64,000 bases of DNA, taken from NCBI RefSeq assembly GCF_009914755.1, contig NC_060937.1. One strand, 5' to 3'. Of this stretch, positions 1 to 17,800 are shown in pieces. Position 1 is the stretch's first letter. Each line of letters opens with the position of its first letter. The position numbers and the translations under genes are program-made. The notes beneath the pieces were generated by a model. It saw nothing but the letters and a program-made list of their open reading frames with translations, was not told the DNA's origin and did no database searches. Source of the stretch: the human T2T-CHM13v2.0 reference genome, Homo sapiens.

Positions 1-1980
<1,980 letters not shown>

Positions 1981-4394
1981 AGATAGGGTAAAAAAAATAT
2001 GACACTAGAATTTCATTCCCATCCCTTTGGCCATGTTCAGGCAGAGGTTGGGCAGTGTATCAATACACAACCATAACGCTAAGAGATGATCTCCTCAGGT
2101 GCATTGAGGGTGGGAAAGGGCAAATGTGAGAACTAATGGTAACCAGCCCATGTGCCCTAGAACAAAAATGGCTCCTGATCCATGTTTGATACGTGTCCCA
2201 TAGGTGGCTGGCCCTTTGCTGCGATGCACAAGCGGCACTATCGGCTTCATGACTCAACGCAAATGAGAGAGAACACTAAGTCAATGAACCCAGGGAAAGG
2301 GCTGAAAGAAAACAAGTGAGTCACAAAACTCACAAGTAGAACAGATTACACTTACCCATGCCCCACATCAGATGGAAGTGATACATCCATATAGAAAATA
2401 GTGACTGCAAGATTTTAATAAAACTCAGGCAAGTTCTCCAGTCCAAACCGTTTTTTGTTCATCTTATCAAGAAAACTCAGTAGGTATACAGACAAAAATG
2501 AATGTAATCAATCAAGAATAGCATAGAGAGAATTTAAAGGTCCTCAATTAAGTAAACATTTGGCCATTTTCCTCTCCTGGGTAATAGCTGTCCATTTTAT
2601 CATTACTAAGGATGCAAAATGACAAGAAGAGAAAGCACCACGAATGGCCACTATTGTTTTGCAATGGACATCATCCAATATGCCAGAATGGAAAGTTCTA
2701 TGCTCTGCTGAATACCACCAGACTTGATAAAAATGAGACTCTTAATTTTTTTCTTTAGGTCTTAATTAGCTTCTTGTTAAACTACAAACATTATCATTGG
2801 AACACACATGCTGGGAAAAATTGGAACACTGGTTGCCAGCCTGGGAAGCCTGGGAGGGTCCCCAGTGATTAACTGTCACCACACTAATGGTGACAGTACT
2901 GCTTTCTACATGTGCTATCACACTGGAAAAAACCCAACCATTGCATCTTTCATTAAAAAAGAAAAGGTAAAGGAATTGTTAGAGTGGGCCTGTGTGAATC
3001 CTATCATCCTGATCTCAGAAATCCAGGGGTCAAGAGTTGGCAAATATTTCCAGTAACTCATGTCATCAACTGCCCTGTCTATTAACAAGGAAATCCACTT
3101 TAATGTGGCAGTTGGCATGAATCATTATCTCTAGGGCTGGCATTTTCACAGACTAGTCCATCCTTGTAAATGCAGTGACTAAAACTCTTTTGTTGACTTT
3201 GAAAGCATGAGAACGCCGTGATTCAGTTAAAATGGATGAGTTTACTTTTGAAAGACTCAGTAAAACAGAGATCTTTCAAATGACGGCAAGGCGACCTAAC
3301 TAACGATCTCTTTTGTCCAATGGGGATTTGAGGGTAGGAGTTGGGGGAAGGGGTGAACAAACCTCAGAAATCTCAAAATGACAAAGTCATTGTTCAGTGT
3401 GCTTTCTACACACTTTCCCTGACATCTCTACACAATGAAATGTAAGGGTCAGTGGTACTGAGACAAGTCAAGGCAGTTCCACTCTTTTGCTTCTATAAAA
3501 GCGAGTGACCCAACCTATTATACTCAAGTCTTAGGATGGCTTTGTTCTCCACATCCAGATGCAGCAGCTTTTTCTCCTGCCCCTCATCCTGCCCTCCCAC
3601 CCCCCTAGGGAAGAAATGACTGAGGACACCTCCTTCACATTTTCTTTTTCTTGGGCATTTCACTTCATAAAGCTGCAGTCAATGTGTTTTGTTTGTGGGA
3701 GGAGGGACTGGCACATTCAGTGGTGGTCTCCACTGCTGCCTGCATTGGTGGCTCAAGTAGCCTCAGGACTAGTCCTTTGTGTTCCATGAAAGGATATGAA
3801 AAGTCAGTTATTTAAGCTCAGTCAAGCTGCTGATTTTTTTTTTTTTTTAGATGAGGGGTGTGTAGGGAAGAAAGGTTTTGCAATTCCGTGTGCCTCAATA
3901 TATTACAGTATTTTGCTGAGTGCAGCTGTGTGCAAGTTAGCACACTCGGAGCACTCCCAAATTTAAACAGAAAAAATTAAAATGCCTAAATCCAACCTCT
4001 GCATCTTATCTTCATTTTTCATTTGTTTTTTTCTAGTAGGAAGACTTCTTAGAGGCAAAGATTTTAGCTAGCAGAAGTCTAGATAACTCAGACTCTACAC
4101 TCAATGTTATCAAGGGCCAAGGAAGTTTCAGCAATATTATGAAAATTACGTTATTATGAGATATTTAGTGCTCACTGGTTTATTCTGAAAACAACTGATT
4201 TTGATACTGTGGTTCCAGAAGAGAAAATAGCCATTAAAGCCTTCAGGGATAATAAACCTAATATCTGGAATACAAACTCATGTCCTAATACTTATGGGTC
4301 TGGTAACTGTCTGACAATTACCTTAATGCAGCATAATGTCATTGTCAGGCTATTTCTCCCACTTAAAAATATACGTAGTATTTAAAAAGTACCT

Positions 4395-4590
4395 TTTATT
4401 TAGTGAGCTTAGATGTTATGCTAAGAATGTTATTGAAATGACTTCATTTTATCCTCACAATAACCCTCATGGAATAGGTAGAATTTTCTCCATTTTACAG
4501 AGACGTAGCATGTGGCTTTGTGAGGAAAGAGAAGGTAAGCGGTAGAGCTAGGAGTCAAACTTAAGAAGGATGATTCCAAGCCTCTCCCAT
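4395..4590 (-). mobile_element. MIR fragment
   Basis: atcctcacaataaccc...ccattttacaga is the reverse complement of the MIR core. Confidence 0.65.
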
Positions 4591-4613
4591 TCCATCCTAC
4601 ACTACACTTGAAA

Positions 4614-4923
4614 TTTTTTATTATTATTTTTTGGTTCTTTTGAGTCTGGGTCTGGCTCTGTTGCTCAGGCTGGAGTGCAGTAGCACAACTGTGGTTCACT
4701 GCAACCTCGAACTTCTGGGCTCAAGTGATCTTCCGGACTCAGCCTCCAGAGTAGCTGGGACTACAGGCACGCACCACTACACCTAGCTAATTGTTTTATT
4801 TTTTTGTAGAGACAGGGTCTCACCATAATGCTCAGGCTGGTCTCAAACTCCTGGGTTCAAGAGTTCTTTCCAGGTCGGCCTCCCAAATTGCTAGGACTAC
4901 AACCATAAGACACCATCTCTGGC
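4614..4923 (-). mobile_element. Alu (J-type)
   Basis: Diverged antisense dimeric Alu. Confidence 0.9.
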
Positions 4924-4928
4924 AAAGT

Positions 4929-5096
<168 letters not shown>

Positions 5097-5113
5097 TGAT
5101 ATCTAGTCACACC

Positions 5114-5400
5114 TTTTTTTTTTTTTAGATCGAGTCTCGCCCTGTCTGGAGTGCAATGGCACAATCTTGGTTCACTGCAACCACTGTCTCCTGGATTCAA
5201 GCAATTCTCCCTGCCTCAGCCCCCCAAGTAGCTGGTATTACAAGGGCCCGCCACCACGCCCAGCTAATTTTTGTATTTTTAGTAGAGATGGGGTTTCACC
5301 ATGTTGGCCAGGCTGGTCTCAAACTCCTGACCTCAAGTGATCCACCCACCTTGGCCTCCCAAAGTGCTGGGATTACAGGTGTGAACTACCACACCTGGCC
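5114..5400 (-). mobile_element. Alu (S-type)
   Basis: Poly-T followed by antisense Alu; flanks share agtcaca. Confidence 0.95.
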
Positions 5401-5464
5401 CAGTCACATCTAATCTTATTCACAGTAGCACACTCAACACTCACACCTTTAAAACCTGAAGCTG

Positions 5465-5788
<324 letters not shown>

Positions 5789-6582
5789 CTAGAGAACCAA
5801 GAGCACTTGCAAAGGGAATTTTCATGGCTCTGATATCCTGAGGTAGAATCACCCTAAACAGACCACATAAATGATGCTGGCTTCCTTTTAATTTTGGAAT
5901 TGAGAACAGCTCCAATTTTGCAAGCAACTATAATTTGACAGGATTGGCAAGATATCTGACAGCTTTAACAGTTGATCTAGTAAAGCATTCACGGAGGTGT
6001 GCAAACCTAACTGGCCTTCTACTGGGACACAGCCTTGTGAATGACACATGCCTGAGGGGATCGACTATCCTGCAGTGTGGGCCCCCTATTCAGAAGCAAG
6101 GGCTTTCATTAGCCACACAAGGCATTCTGACCTGGATGTCCTAAAGAGAAACTTGTCCAAACCAGTATCCTTTCTTGTTTTCCTGATGCTGGTACAACCC
6201 CATCTTTCTGACAGTCTCCCATTCCTCTCCATATCCTTCCACCCAAATCTCTAAACTCTAAATTCCTGTGCTTAAGAAACAAGCCTTCTTGTGATCTGGC
6301 CCCTCTGCATCTCTCCATCTGATCTCCTCTAATGCCTTGTCTCAAACCTCCTGATGCAGCTATTCCACACTGCAGTGTCCCTGTAGATATCCTAAACTCC
6401 TGCACTTCCTGCCATATGTGCCTCCTTCTCCCCTACATGGCTCAGGAATAACCAGGAAGCCTTACCAGCTTCCCCAAGCAGGGCAACAGACAAAGCCCTT
6501 TGCTGCTGTGATGTGAACTTGTATTTGGCCAGCATGGAAATAAGGGATACACAATACAAAATCCTTAAAGTTGGTTTTGAGG

Positions 6583-6894
6583 TTTTTTTGGTTTGGGTTT
6601 TTTTGTTGTTGTTGTTGAGATGGAGTCTCTCTCTGCTGCCCAGGCTGGAGTGCAGTGGTATGATCTTGACTCACTGCAACCTCCACCTCCCATGTTCAAG
6701 CAATTCTTTCAGCCTCCCAAGTAGCTGGGATTACAGGTGTGCACCACCACTCCCAGCTAATTTTTGGGTTTTTAGTAAAGATGGGGCTTCGCCACATTGG
6801 TCAGGCTAGTCTGGAACTCTTGACCTCAAGTGATCTGCCCTCCTCAGCCTCCCAAAGTGCTGAGATTACAGGCATGAAAAAACATGTCCGGGTC
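6583..6894 (-). mobile_element. Alu
   Basis: Antisense dimeric Alu with a (TTG)n-degraded tail. Confidence 0.92.
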
Positions 6895-7359
6895 TGATGT
6901 TGGAGATTTTCATGGTCTTTCTTATGTATATATCACACACATAATACATCATCTATGAATTTTAAGACACATGTGAAGCTATTAGCACACAATCCTATTT
7001 TCCTCCAATTCTCATCTCCACCCCATTTATTCTCATCCACACATAATTTGTTAACAATTTTTTAAAGTGAAGATTTCTTTCCCAAGGCTTCGACTTGTCA
7101 AACAAATCTTTCTTGTGGCATTCCTGTTTCATCAGTTTATATGATAAGTATTGCCATCACAAAATTACAGTAACAAGGATAAGTAGCATGAATACGTTGA
7201 GGAAGAATCACAACTGACTCTGAGGAAGCATAATGAGGCCAAGGATTGGGGCAGAGAATGGGGTCCGCCAGAGGCAGCCCAGTGGCAGGCATGTGCTACA
7301 GGTGGAGTGGAGGGTGCTGTGAATCCAGAAGGTGGTGAAAACAAACAAGTGGATTAGAA

Positions 7360-7871
7360 CACAGTCCTCAACCTTTTTGGCACCAGGGACTGGTTTCGCG
7401 GAGGACAATTTTTCCATGGATGGCGATGGAGGTAGTTTCAGGATGATTCAAGCCCATTACATTTATTGTGTACTTTATTTCTATTATTATGTGGTAATAT
7501 ATAATGAAATAATTATACAACTCACCATAATGTAGAATCAGTGGGATCCCTGAGCTTGTTTTCCTGCAACTAGATGGTCCCATCTGGGGGTGATGGGAGA
7601 CAATGACAGATGATCAGGCATTAGATTCTCATAAGGTAGATGCAAGCTAGATCCCTAGCATGCACATTTCACAATGTTCACAGGGTTCGTGCTCCTATGA
7701 GAATCTAATGCCGCCGACGATCTGACAGGAGGCAGAGGTCAGGCGGTAACGTGAGTGATGGGGAGCAAGCTTTGTTTTCTTGTCCACCGCTCACCTCCTG
7801 CTGTGTGGCCAGGTTCCTAACAGGCCACACAGACTAGTACTGGTCTGTGGCCCAGGGGTTGGGGACCACTG
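7360..7871 (-). mobile_element. MER1A (hAT-Charlie DNA transposon derivative)
   Basis: Termini cagtcctcaacc / ggttggggaccactg, internal gcattagattctcata inverted repeats, degenerate 8-bp TSD gattagaa/gattagtc. Confidence 0.88.
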
Positions 7872-8804
7872 GATTAGTCAACAAGAGTAGTTGTTCACTT
7901 CTTCATCCTCCCTAGAGCACTAATTAGCAAGAAAATTAAAGAATAAATTTAACATTTACCCCTGGAGGTTCAAGGACAAGTTAGAAGTTAATACCTTAAC
8001 TTTCAGTTTCACTCAAATGTGCATAAAGCTCCATTAGTGCTGCTATTGGTTTCACTAACTCCATCCACAATTCTCCCGAAAACAGAAAACCTCATACAAC
8101 AAAGCCAAACCTGAAACACAATCAGGTTTCCACCAGGCAGAAGTATGGTGACTAAGCCTAGTGGCCTCGGCACTGCTGGACACTGAATTGCAATGGGGTA
8201 AGTGAAGAGTTCCAAAGCCAAGGGAAGCCTCCCAACAGCATAGCTTGGAATGGAGTGATCTGCTGTCCAACCCCAAGATGCTGATGCAGATGATGATGAT
8301 AACAGCAAGATAGAGGAGACATCCACTGCCACAAAGACCTTTTTCAGGTGACCGCAAAGAGCAGGGAGAACTCTGAAAACGACCCTTTTCAGGAAGCAAC
8401 CAGGCACAACTCAGAGGACAACCACCACGTGTGCACAGGGTAAGCCGGTTACCGGCCTCGCTGATTTTCAGTAAAGCCCATCAACTGGGAATAACGTCTC
8501 TAAAGGAGAGAGATGCATGTGCACACATCACACATCCTTGTTTAACCTTAAAATTACAAGATGAGCTGCCACTTAGCTGCTCAAAGACCTTAGAGGGGTT
8601 CAGCTCTCTATAGGTTCAACTATGAATTCCATACACAAGTTTACAAGGCTGGCTAAAATGTAGACTCCGACTGCCCTAGAGCCCTACATAAATCATCTAT
8701 TACAGCCACAAATGTTATTTTCCTCAATTTACAGTTTAAGATGGGCATCAAGCTACTTTAATTGGAAGATTACATATCAACGGTTTAATTGCTTCTTGAG
8801 GGGT

Positions 8805-8870
8805 ATGTGCGTGTGTGTGCGTATATATGTGCGCGTATATATATATACATATATACGCACACACACGTAT
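8805..8870. repeat. Mixed (TG)/(TA)/(CA) alternating purine-pyrimidine tract
   Basis: gtgcgtgtgtgtgcgtatatatgtgcgcgtatatatatatacat... Confidence 0.85.
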
Positions 8871-8871
8871 A

Positions 8872-9362
8872 TTTTAACCAAAAAGTAACTAAGGCAGGTC
8901 TCAATCGATTAGAGGTTTATTTAGCCACAGATGAGAATGTGGCAGGGGCATCTGTGATGCTTTTTTCTAGAGGGAGTTTTGTAAACTTCAGTATTTAAAG
9001 AAGAGCAAGCAGAAGGGAAAAAAAAATAAAAAAAAGAAAAAGGGAGGGAGGGTAGACAGTGAGATGGTCACCTTCTTGTGAGACCCTGATTAGCCCCAGT
9101 ATATCTACATTTTACATGTGAAAAGAGGGAGTAGAAGAAAATGTGGATTGTGCATTGTCTCACACTCAGTCGATCTGTATTTTATATTAAGATAAAGGAG
9201 GGAGTACAGGAAATGAGGCAGTGACACAGGATAGTAGGGTTGTGAAATCATGGCTATCTGTTTGGGAACAAAAGAAAGATGGTACTGGTGACTCTGTTCC
9301 CAAGCTTAACTTTCCCTTTGGCATAGGGAGTCTGGGACCTGAGATTCTATTTCTCTTTCACA
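8872..9362 (-). mobile_element. MER4-group (ERV1) solo LTR
   Basis: Minus strand starts TGTGAAAGAGAAATAGAATCTCAGG..TATGCCAAAGGGAAAGTTAAGCTTGGGAAC, typical of MER4-group LTRs; AATAAA at 8916-8921. Confidence 0.8.
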
Positions 9363-9448
9363 CATGAAATAAGGCACCCAGACTTTGTTGTCTAAAATCA
9401 AATACATGGGGCTGTGGGGGAGTTCAGATCCTTTACAGACAGTTTTTA

Positions 9449-9964
<516 letters not shown>

Positions 9965-10106
9965 TTACAAAGTTTTAATGTAAAGTTATTTTTTAACAGT
10001 AACTATAGAAATGTGCCTTTGCTTTTGCCACAGTTAATTGTTTTTCCTTGTTTATACAGTATTACCACAGAGCTATATATATCACAACCTGAACAAAGGT
10101 GCATCA

Positions 10107-10499
<393 letters not shown>

Positions 10500-10821
10500 T
10501 CACAGTTTCTCTGGTACCTGGGTTTGAGACCAGGTTTATCATAAAACCAGGAATAAAGTTATTTAAATGAGTAGTCTCCACAGCTGGGAATCTTACTGAC
10601 CACTCAAAATGTCTAAAAGAATTTTGGGGAAAGGAAACTAAGTTTGTCTACCTTTAATTCTAAAGACACAGGGGGTAAGAAAAAAAGGCTAGTACCACAA
10701 TTTCTGAAAGGTTTATATCTAAAATATCATAGGCTCATATTAAATGAGCATTATATGACTTTCTATAGGGAGATGGGTGGGCACCAGATGACAAATAATC
10801 TATTATTAGAGACTTAGTGAT

Positions 10822-11126
10822 AGATATGGTTTGGCTGTGTCCCCACCCAAATCTCATCTTGAACTGTATGTAGCTCCCATAATCCCTACATGTTGTGGGA
10901 GGGACCCAGGGGGAGGTAACTGAATCATGGGGTTGGGTTTTTCCCGTGGTATTCTCGTGATAGTGAATAAGTCACATGAGATCTGATGATTTTATAAACA
11001 GCAGTTCCCTTGAACATGTTCTCTTGCCTGCCGCCATGTAAGACATGCCTTTGCTCCTCCTTCACCTTCCACCATGTGAGGCCTCCCCAGCCACATGGAA
11101 CTGTGAGTCCGTTAAATCTATTTTCT
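10822..11126 (+). mobile_element. THE1 (ERVL-MaLR) LTR, 3' end missing
   Basis: gatatggtttggctgtgtccccacccaaatctcatcttgaa matches the THE1B/C 5' end. Confidence 0.9.
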
Positions 11127-11260
11127 TTTTTTTTTTTTTATTTTATTTTGAGACAGAGTGTGTCGTCCAGGCTGGAGTGCAGTGGTGCAATTTTGGCTCA
11201 CTACAACCCAAGTTCAAGTGATTCTCCTGCCTCAGCCTCCCAGGTAGCTGGGACTACAGG
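11127..11260 (-). mobile_element. Alu right-arm fragment
   Basis: Poly-T, gagacagagt...gggactacagg, then truncated. Confidence 0.88.
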
Positions 11261-11261
11261 T

Positions 11262-11650
11262 ACCCTGCTCATGCTTGGCATCTCTCTGCCTGAGGAAATG
11301 CCACTTTGTTCCCTTCTGGAGACCTGGCACCTGTTCCTCCTCCATACAATGTGCCCCTCCCTCAACCTGCCCCCATATCTTCTTTGCACGGCTGTTTCCT
11401 TATTTTTCAAACTCAACGTCACCTCCTCCTTGACTATGCTGGTCCAGTCATTAGCAAACACTTTCCTTTGCTGAACACACTAGACCTATACTAACTTAGA
11501 TTATTTATGTTTATTGGTCTGTTTATTGTCGACCTCCTGCACTAGAATGCCAATTCCTAGAAGCTGATACCCAGTTAACTGCTCCATGCTCTAGATCCTG
11601 GAAAAGTACTTGGCATACAGGAGGTGTCCAAGAAATACTGATTGACTCAA
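11262..11650 (+). mobile_element. L2 3' end fragment
   Basis: ctagaatg...tggcatacaggaggtgtccaagaaatactgattga resembles the L2 tail. Confidence 0.55.
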
Positions 11651-11871
11651 CGACTATGAGTGAAGTTTAAATGAGATGGGGCAAGTGAAATATGCTCAGA
11701 GCAGTGCTCAGCCTGGTGTTATATGATCCCTTCTTTTTACAGGACCTAGAGATTGTTTTATTACAGAATGGAGTGGTAAAGAAAAGCATCACTAATGCGA
11801 AAGAGAGACTTTTGCTGGTCCTTAAAGGATGAAGAATTAGAAGGGTACATTTGAGGGTGAGCCACAGGTGT

Positions 11872-11876
<5 letters not shown>

Positions 11877-11912
<36 letters not shown>
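11877..11912. repeat. (CA)n microsatellite
   Basis: Direct read. Confidence 0.97.
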
Positions 11913-11917
<5 letters not shown>

Positions 11918-12224
11918 CAACAGTCTGGCATGCACATAGTTTCTTTCCAAAAGTTAAAGAGAGATTAGATTTAAGGACCAGAAAATTTGAATTTTGCTCT
12001 TTGTATGTCCTTTGTAGCCACAAATCAAAGGCAAGCAAAGCAAAACAAATCTATTTAGATATTTATTCTAACATATGGCTGCACTGTGAGAAGAGGGTTT
12101 GAGTCCTCACTCCAGCATTAGGTGTTGCATGGCCAGTCTTGGAGGAAGCCATAATTGAACTTAAAGTGAAAGAGCTAGGATTGGAAATTTGTCTCGTGCT
12201 GAGACCTTAACCATTCTCTCCTAC

Positions 12225-12390
12225 AGTATCCCTTCTATTGTAGGTCTTATCACACAGCATGGTAACTGCTTTCTATCTGTCCCTCCCAATAGAGTAAACT
12301 CATAGAAGAAGGGAATTCAATTTCACTTAGCCCCATATCTCCAAGCCCAACATGGGGCCTAGTACACCCAAGATACTCAATAAATGCTTC
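12225..12390 (+). mobile_element. L2 3' end fragment
   Basis: gcctagtacac..atactcaataaatgc. Confidence 0.55.
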
Positions 12391-12457
12391 TCAGGTGGAT
12401 GAAGATAAAGCCTCTATCTTTTCCACCTCTGCATACTCAGCATATAGTAGGAGCTCA

Positions 12458-12845
<388 letters not shown>

Positions 12846-13178
12846 TTATTTTCACAAGTCACATATTTGTAATAGAAATGTTTTCCTTTTGGGAGAAACT
12901 TTGAGATATTCCCAGATACATCCAGTTGTAAATATAGTCACAAAACACCATATCTCCCCATCAAATACTACAAATAAATTTGCACTATTAAAATTGTTGA
13001 AAACTACTGATTCCAAATCATTAATATTAAATTTCTAATTAAAATGCTAATAAGATATTATTAATACAAATATTACAGGTAGGGTACCTATTAATCCAAT
13101 TATTGTTTTAAGAAAATGGAAGAAGAGATTCATGATGCTGGCATTGGTGCTGATATTAGGAAGTAATCAAGCACTTCT

Positions 13179-13570
<392 letters not shown>

Positions 13571-14528
13571 TTACGCAAACATACTATGTTTTGAATGCCA
13601 AATTCCTATTCAAAGAACATAAGTTCCAGATGAAGATCTTTATGCTATTTGTATTTCAATTCTTTATGAAAACAAGATATTCACTTTTAACCTGTGAAGA
13701 GCCATTCTATGTTCATAAATGACTTGGCTTTAGAAATATTGTAGATGTTCAAAGCTGTTACAAGTTTTGAAAAAGCAGACAAGAAAAACATGTTTGAACA
13801 ACTCTTTATAAGCCAGATGTGCACTGCCAGCCTTGGCTAAATTATCTGATTAGCCCATGGCAACCTTGAGGTAACTTGCAGACTGTTCATTTGTATTCTA
13901 TAAGTTATTTATTTCCAGTGATATATTTATATCTTATGATATATTCAAAAACTTCCCTTAATTCTGGCTTTCCTTCCAAAAGGCCTAATCAAAAACCTCA
14001 CCTTTCTTTATTCACTACTGTTGCACACCTGAGCCAATCTGAGTTCCAAAGTGACACATTACCCTCGCTGCCCCTCTGGGTTTCTTCCCTTAATACAGGA
14101 CAGCAAATGACACCCACTTTTAAGTTACCAGTGTCACTGTTCCCATCTGCAATGAGTGCCAACATCTAACTATATAAAAACAAATGAAAACTCACAAATA
14201 CAAATATTTTATTGAAGTCCAAAAATCAAAGTTAGGTTAATTGCCTCTATCTGGCCAGCAAATCTGGTCACATGTAAACCAGAATTTCCTTATCTCAGCG
14301 ATTTCATCGGGAGAGTAATAAAATCTGTGCATGGTTTCAGACTTGCTTCTACAGAGCCTACATTCTAGACACCAAGCCACAAGCAGAGGGTTCTCCTCTC
14401 AGATCTACCCCTCCAGTCTTTGGCAAACTCAATTGGAAACAGTTCAGTTCTGACCCAATGGTCCACAGTTCCAGACTCCTACTTACAAAACCAATAAAAC
14501 GATCACCATCATACAGAAAACGTAATCA

Positions 14529-14857
<329 letters not shown>

Positions 14858-17800
14858 AAAGTCACATGGATAAATGCAACTACATTATTTATTTCTATAG
14901 CTATTTGATTTTAAATCTCAGCTTTAGTAAGAATAACAACTCGACAGTCTTAGTCTGAATGTTCTGGTAAGTGTAGAATTTCAACTCCCTTTTTATGAAG
15001 ATACCTAACTTTTCTGTGGATTTTAATCTTCATTCTATTTGTTACTATACATCCTGCCAAAGTTCTTTCTGGCTCAAGAATACCATCCGTAGTTGGTTCT
15101 GATGATACGTAGTTCCCCTGTCGATCAGTCAGCTAGATAACACCAAGGGTAACATCTTGACAAAGAAATTTCCAGTTTTTTTAAACTCAATTGTTTCAGT
15201 CAATCTCAGCTGCTGGGTTGAGAAGGCCTCACTTTCTGTGAGTTTCTCTGGGCTTAGGAGGAACTGCTAGTCACTGTGATTATTACCTATTGAACCTAAC
15301 GAGAGCCATCAAAACCCAGGGCCCGTGATGTCAGCAGCATGTTTATTACCCATAGAACCTGATGACAGCCACAAAACCCAGGGCCCCAGTGTCCGAAGCA
15401 TGTTTTGCTAAGGATGTTAAACACAAAGTCATCCAGGAAATTTCCTACTATCTGAATTTTGAAAGGGGCTAAATAAACCCTGTAGAAGAATTGATGCGGT
15501 AGACGAGGCCTAAAATTCAACTCCATTTCAGATGCCCATGCAATGGAGAAGGCTACTATCCACACAGATAACATCAGGCTTCCTGTATGGCTCACCCCAC
15601 TGGCTCTAGAAATAAATTTTAAAAATGTATCACAGAACTGAGTCAAAGTAGACAAAATTTCCTTTGCAAAACAAAACACCTCCCTCCTTCCCCCCTAAAA
15701 GATCAACGACTTTAAGCAAAGCCATGAGGTGAACAAAGCTAACTGTCATTTTGACCTTGCTTTGCTTTAATTCAGGAGACTACTTAGAAATGTACCGAGC
15801 AACCCCCTTCATTCGGCTCAGCTAGCAGAGCTAATAGGCTTCTAATTAATTTCCAGAAGATTGCTGTTATAACTAACAGGTTTTAAACATTTGGTTGATT
15901 GGGGAAAATGAATTGAATATAATGTATTTGATTTGGAAAATTAGTTTTCATTCTATGTGCTTACCATAATAGTGTTTATTTTAAGTTTACATGATTCCAT
16001 TAAGAGTCCCAGAACAGCACTGGGCTGTTTTCATCCTTACAGAGAGGCCTAGGCAACTTAAAAAAAAAAAAAAAATTTACATTTAGATTTTTGTTGGCCT
16101 TTATTTGAGGGCAGGTTAAATGCATTTTTTTGGGTGGGTGGCTTTAATAAAAATTTTCACTTCCTAATATAGCAACAGGCCCAAATACTTCAAAATGATC
16201 CTGGCGATACCTCAGTCAAAAGCCCACTCATCGAATGCAAATCCCCGGGAGAAAGGCTCGGCACACAAAGTAAGATGAACCAGTTACTGCATTGTTTACC
16301 ACGTTTCACTTGATTCTTCCTGACAACCATTTAAACAATGAATGTTGGGAAATGTCCCTCAAAGAATCAACAACAATGGCAGGGACCAGAGCTTTTATAT
16401 TTAGCTAATACTATTTTTAAAAGGAGAAAATATTTCTTCCTGAAGGGATTATGGGAAGCCTTATTAAAGACACCTGCAAACAAAACAAGTGACAATAGAT
16501 CTTTATCATAATTGATAACTAAGTTATCCTTTAGATAAAACTCCTTTCTTGGAGACAATAACATTAGGATTTAACCTTCGCTGTAGATTCAAGAAATCAG
16601 CTAATTGGGGCCAGTAGGATTCCACAACATTAAGTTTACCAAGATTATGTGAGTGGATAATAACAAACGCCCTTGTCTCTCTGGTTAAATAGAAGTACAA
16701 CGAGACTAGAATTTTCCCTCCTCATGCTTCTAAGAAATGTTTTATATTGACATCAAGTAGCATCCATCCCTCTCCCTCCATATGTGAGACAAAGCACACA
16801 AGGGATACTAATTACGACCGCTCACTCTGCTAAGCACATAGTGGGCCAGCCAGCTTCGGAAACTCAACCTTTGCCTAGCTTCCTGTTGCAAAGAAACAGA
16901 AACTTTCACAAAATCTTCTTGAAGTAATTAACAATCCCTGTCAAAACGTGTACAGACAATAATCTGCATTCTATGTAAACGGGGCAACTGTTTTAGTGAT
17001 GGCTTCTGAGGGATAAATAATATAGCTAAACCCAGGAGGGCACATTTTAAAAATGTTTGCAAAAGAAAAAAAAAAATCAGAGGTCCTTGTTTGCAGTAAA
17101 AATAATCCACCTGTGAGTCTCAGCTTACTTCACCTCCATAAACAGTGGATGCCTTCGCCCATGGGCTATACTGTTTGCAGTCACATGCTCATTTGCTGCC
17201 TTGCTGTGTGACAAACAGGAATTCCTATAAGCATTTCAAGCCTATGACTGATTTTTCTTACATAGCTAATTTTCCAAATTAAGTAATTTTGCTTCCTTTA
17301 TAACTGTGGCTCCAGAGGAGATCTAAAGCATCTGAGCATTGAGAAAAAAGCAGGGGTAGGGGGATCACAGGATCAAGCCAAAATTGCAGACCCCAACTGT
17401 AGTATTTCTATTTAATGGCTTTAAATTCAGCTAATGATTACAACTATTCTAAGTTGGCACTTAGAAAAAGTCACAGAGGTTCAAATTTCATAAAGTGTTA
17501 GCAACAGCAGCTGAGATTTTGGAATATGTATAGCTTTTAATAGATGCATTTCCAAAATAAACACTTGGGAAAAAAAAAGTGCCCCAGCTTGAACCACTGA
17601 CAAGTAGACAAAATTAAACAATAGGAAAAAATAAAATAAAACCAAACCACATGAGCAACAGTACTGAATAAGGAGATGAGAGATGACCCAATATTATTTT
17701 TTAGAGCCTCAAGTTCACAAACAAAAGAAAAGTTTTACAGAAGGTATTTCTGTAGGATTGTTGGTTTTTTTTTTTTTAAAGACAGCTTAAGACTTAGAGC

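Noticed and set aside
7618-7712. Inverted repeat gcattagattctcata / tatgagaatctaatgc
   Set aside because: It is an intrinsic feature of MER1 elements, not a locus-specific RNA hairpin.
8009-8450. Overlapping 132/114-aa minus ORFs and two plus-strand GTAAG donor-like sites
   Set aside because: No recognisable homology, no TSD or poly(A) of a processed pseudogene, and GTAAG is common by chance.
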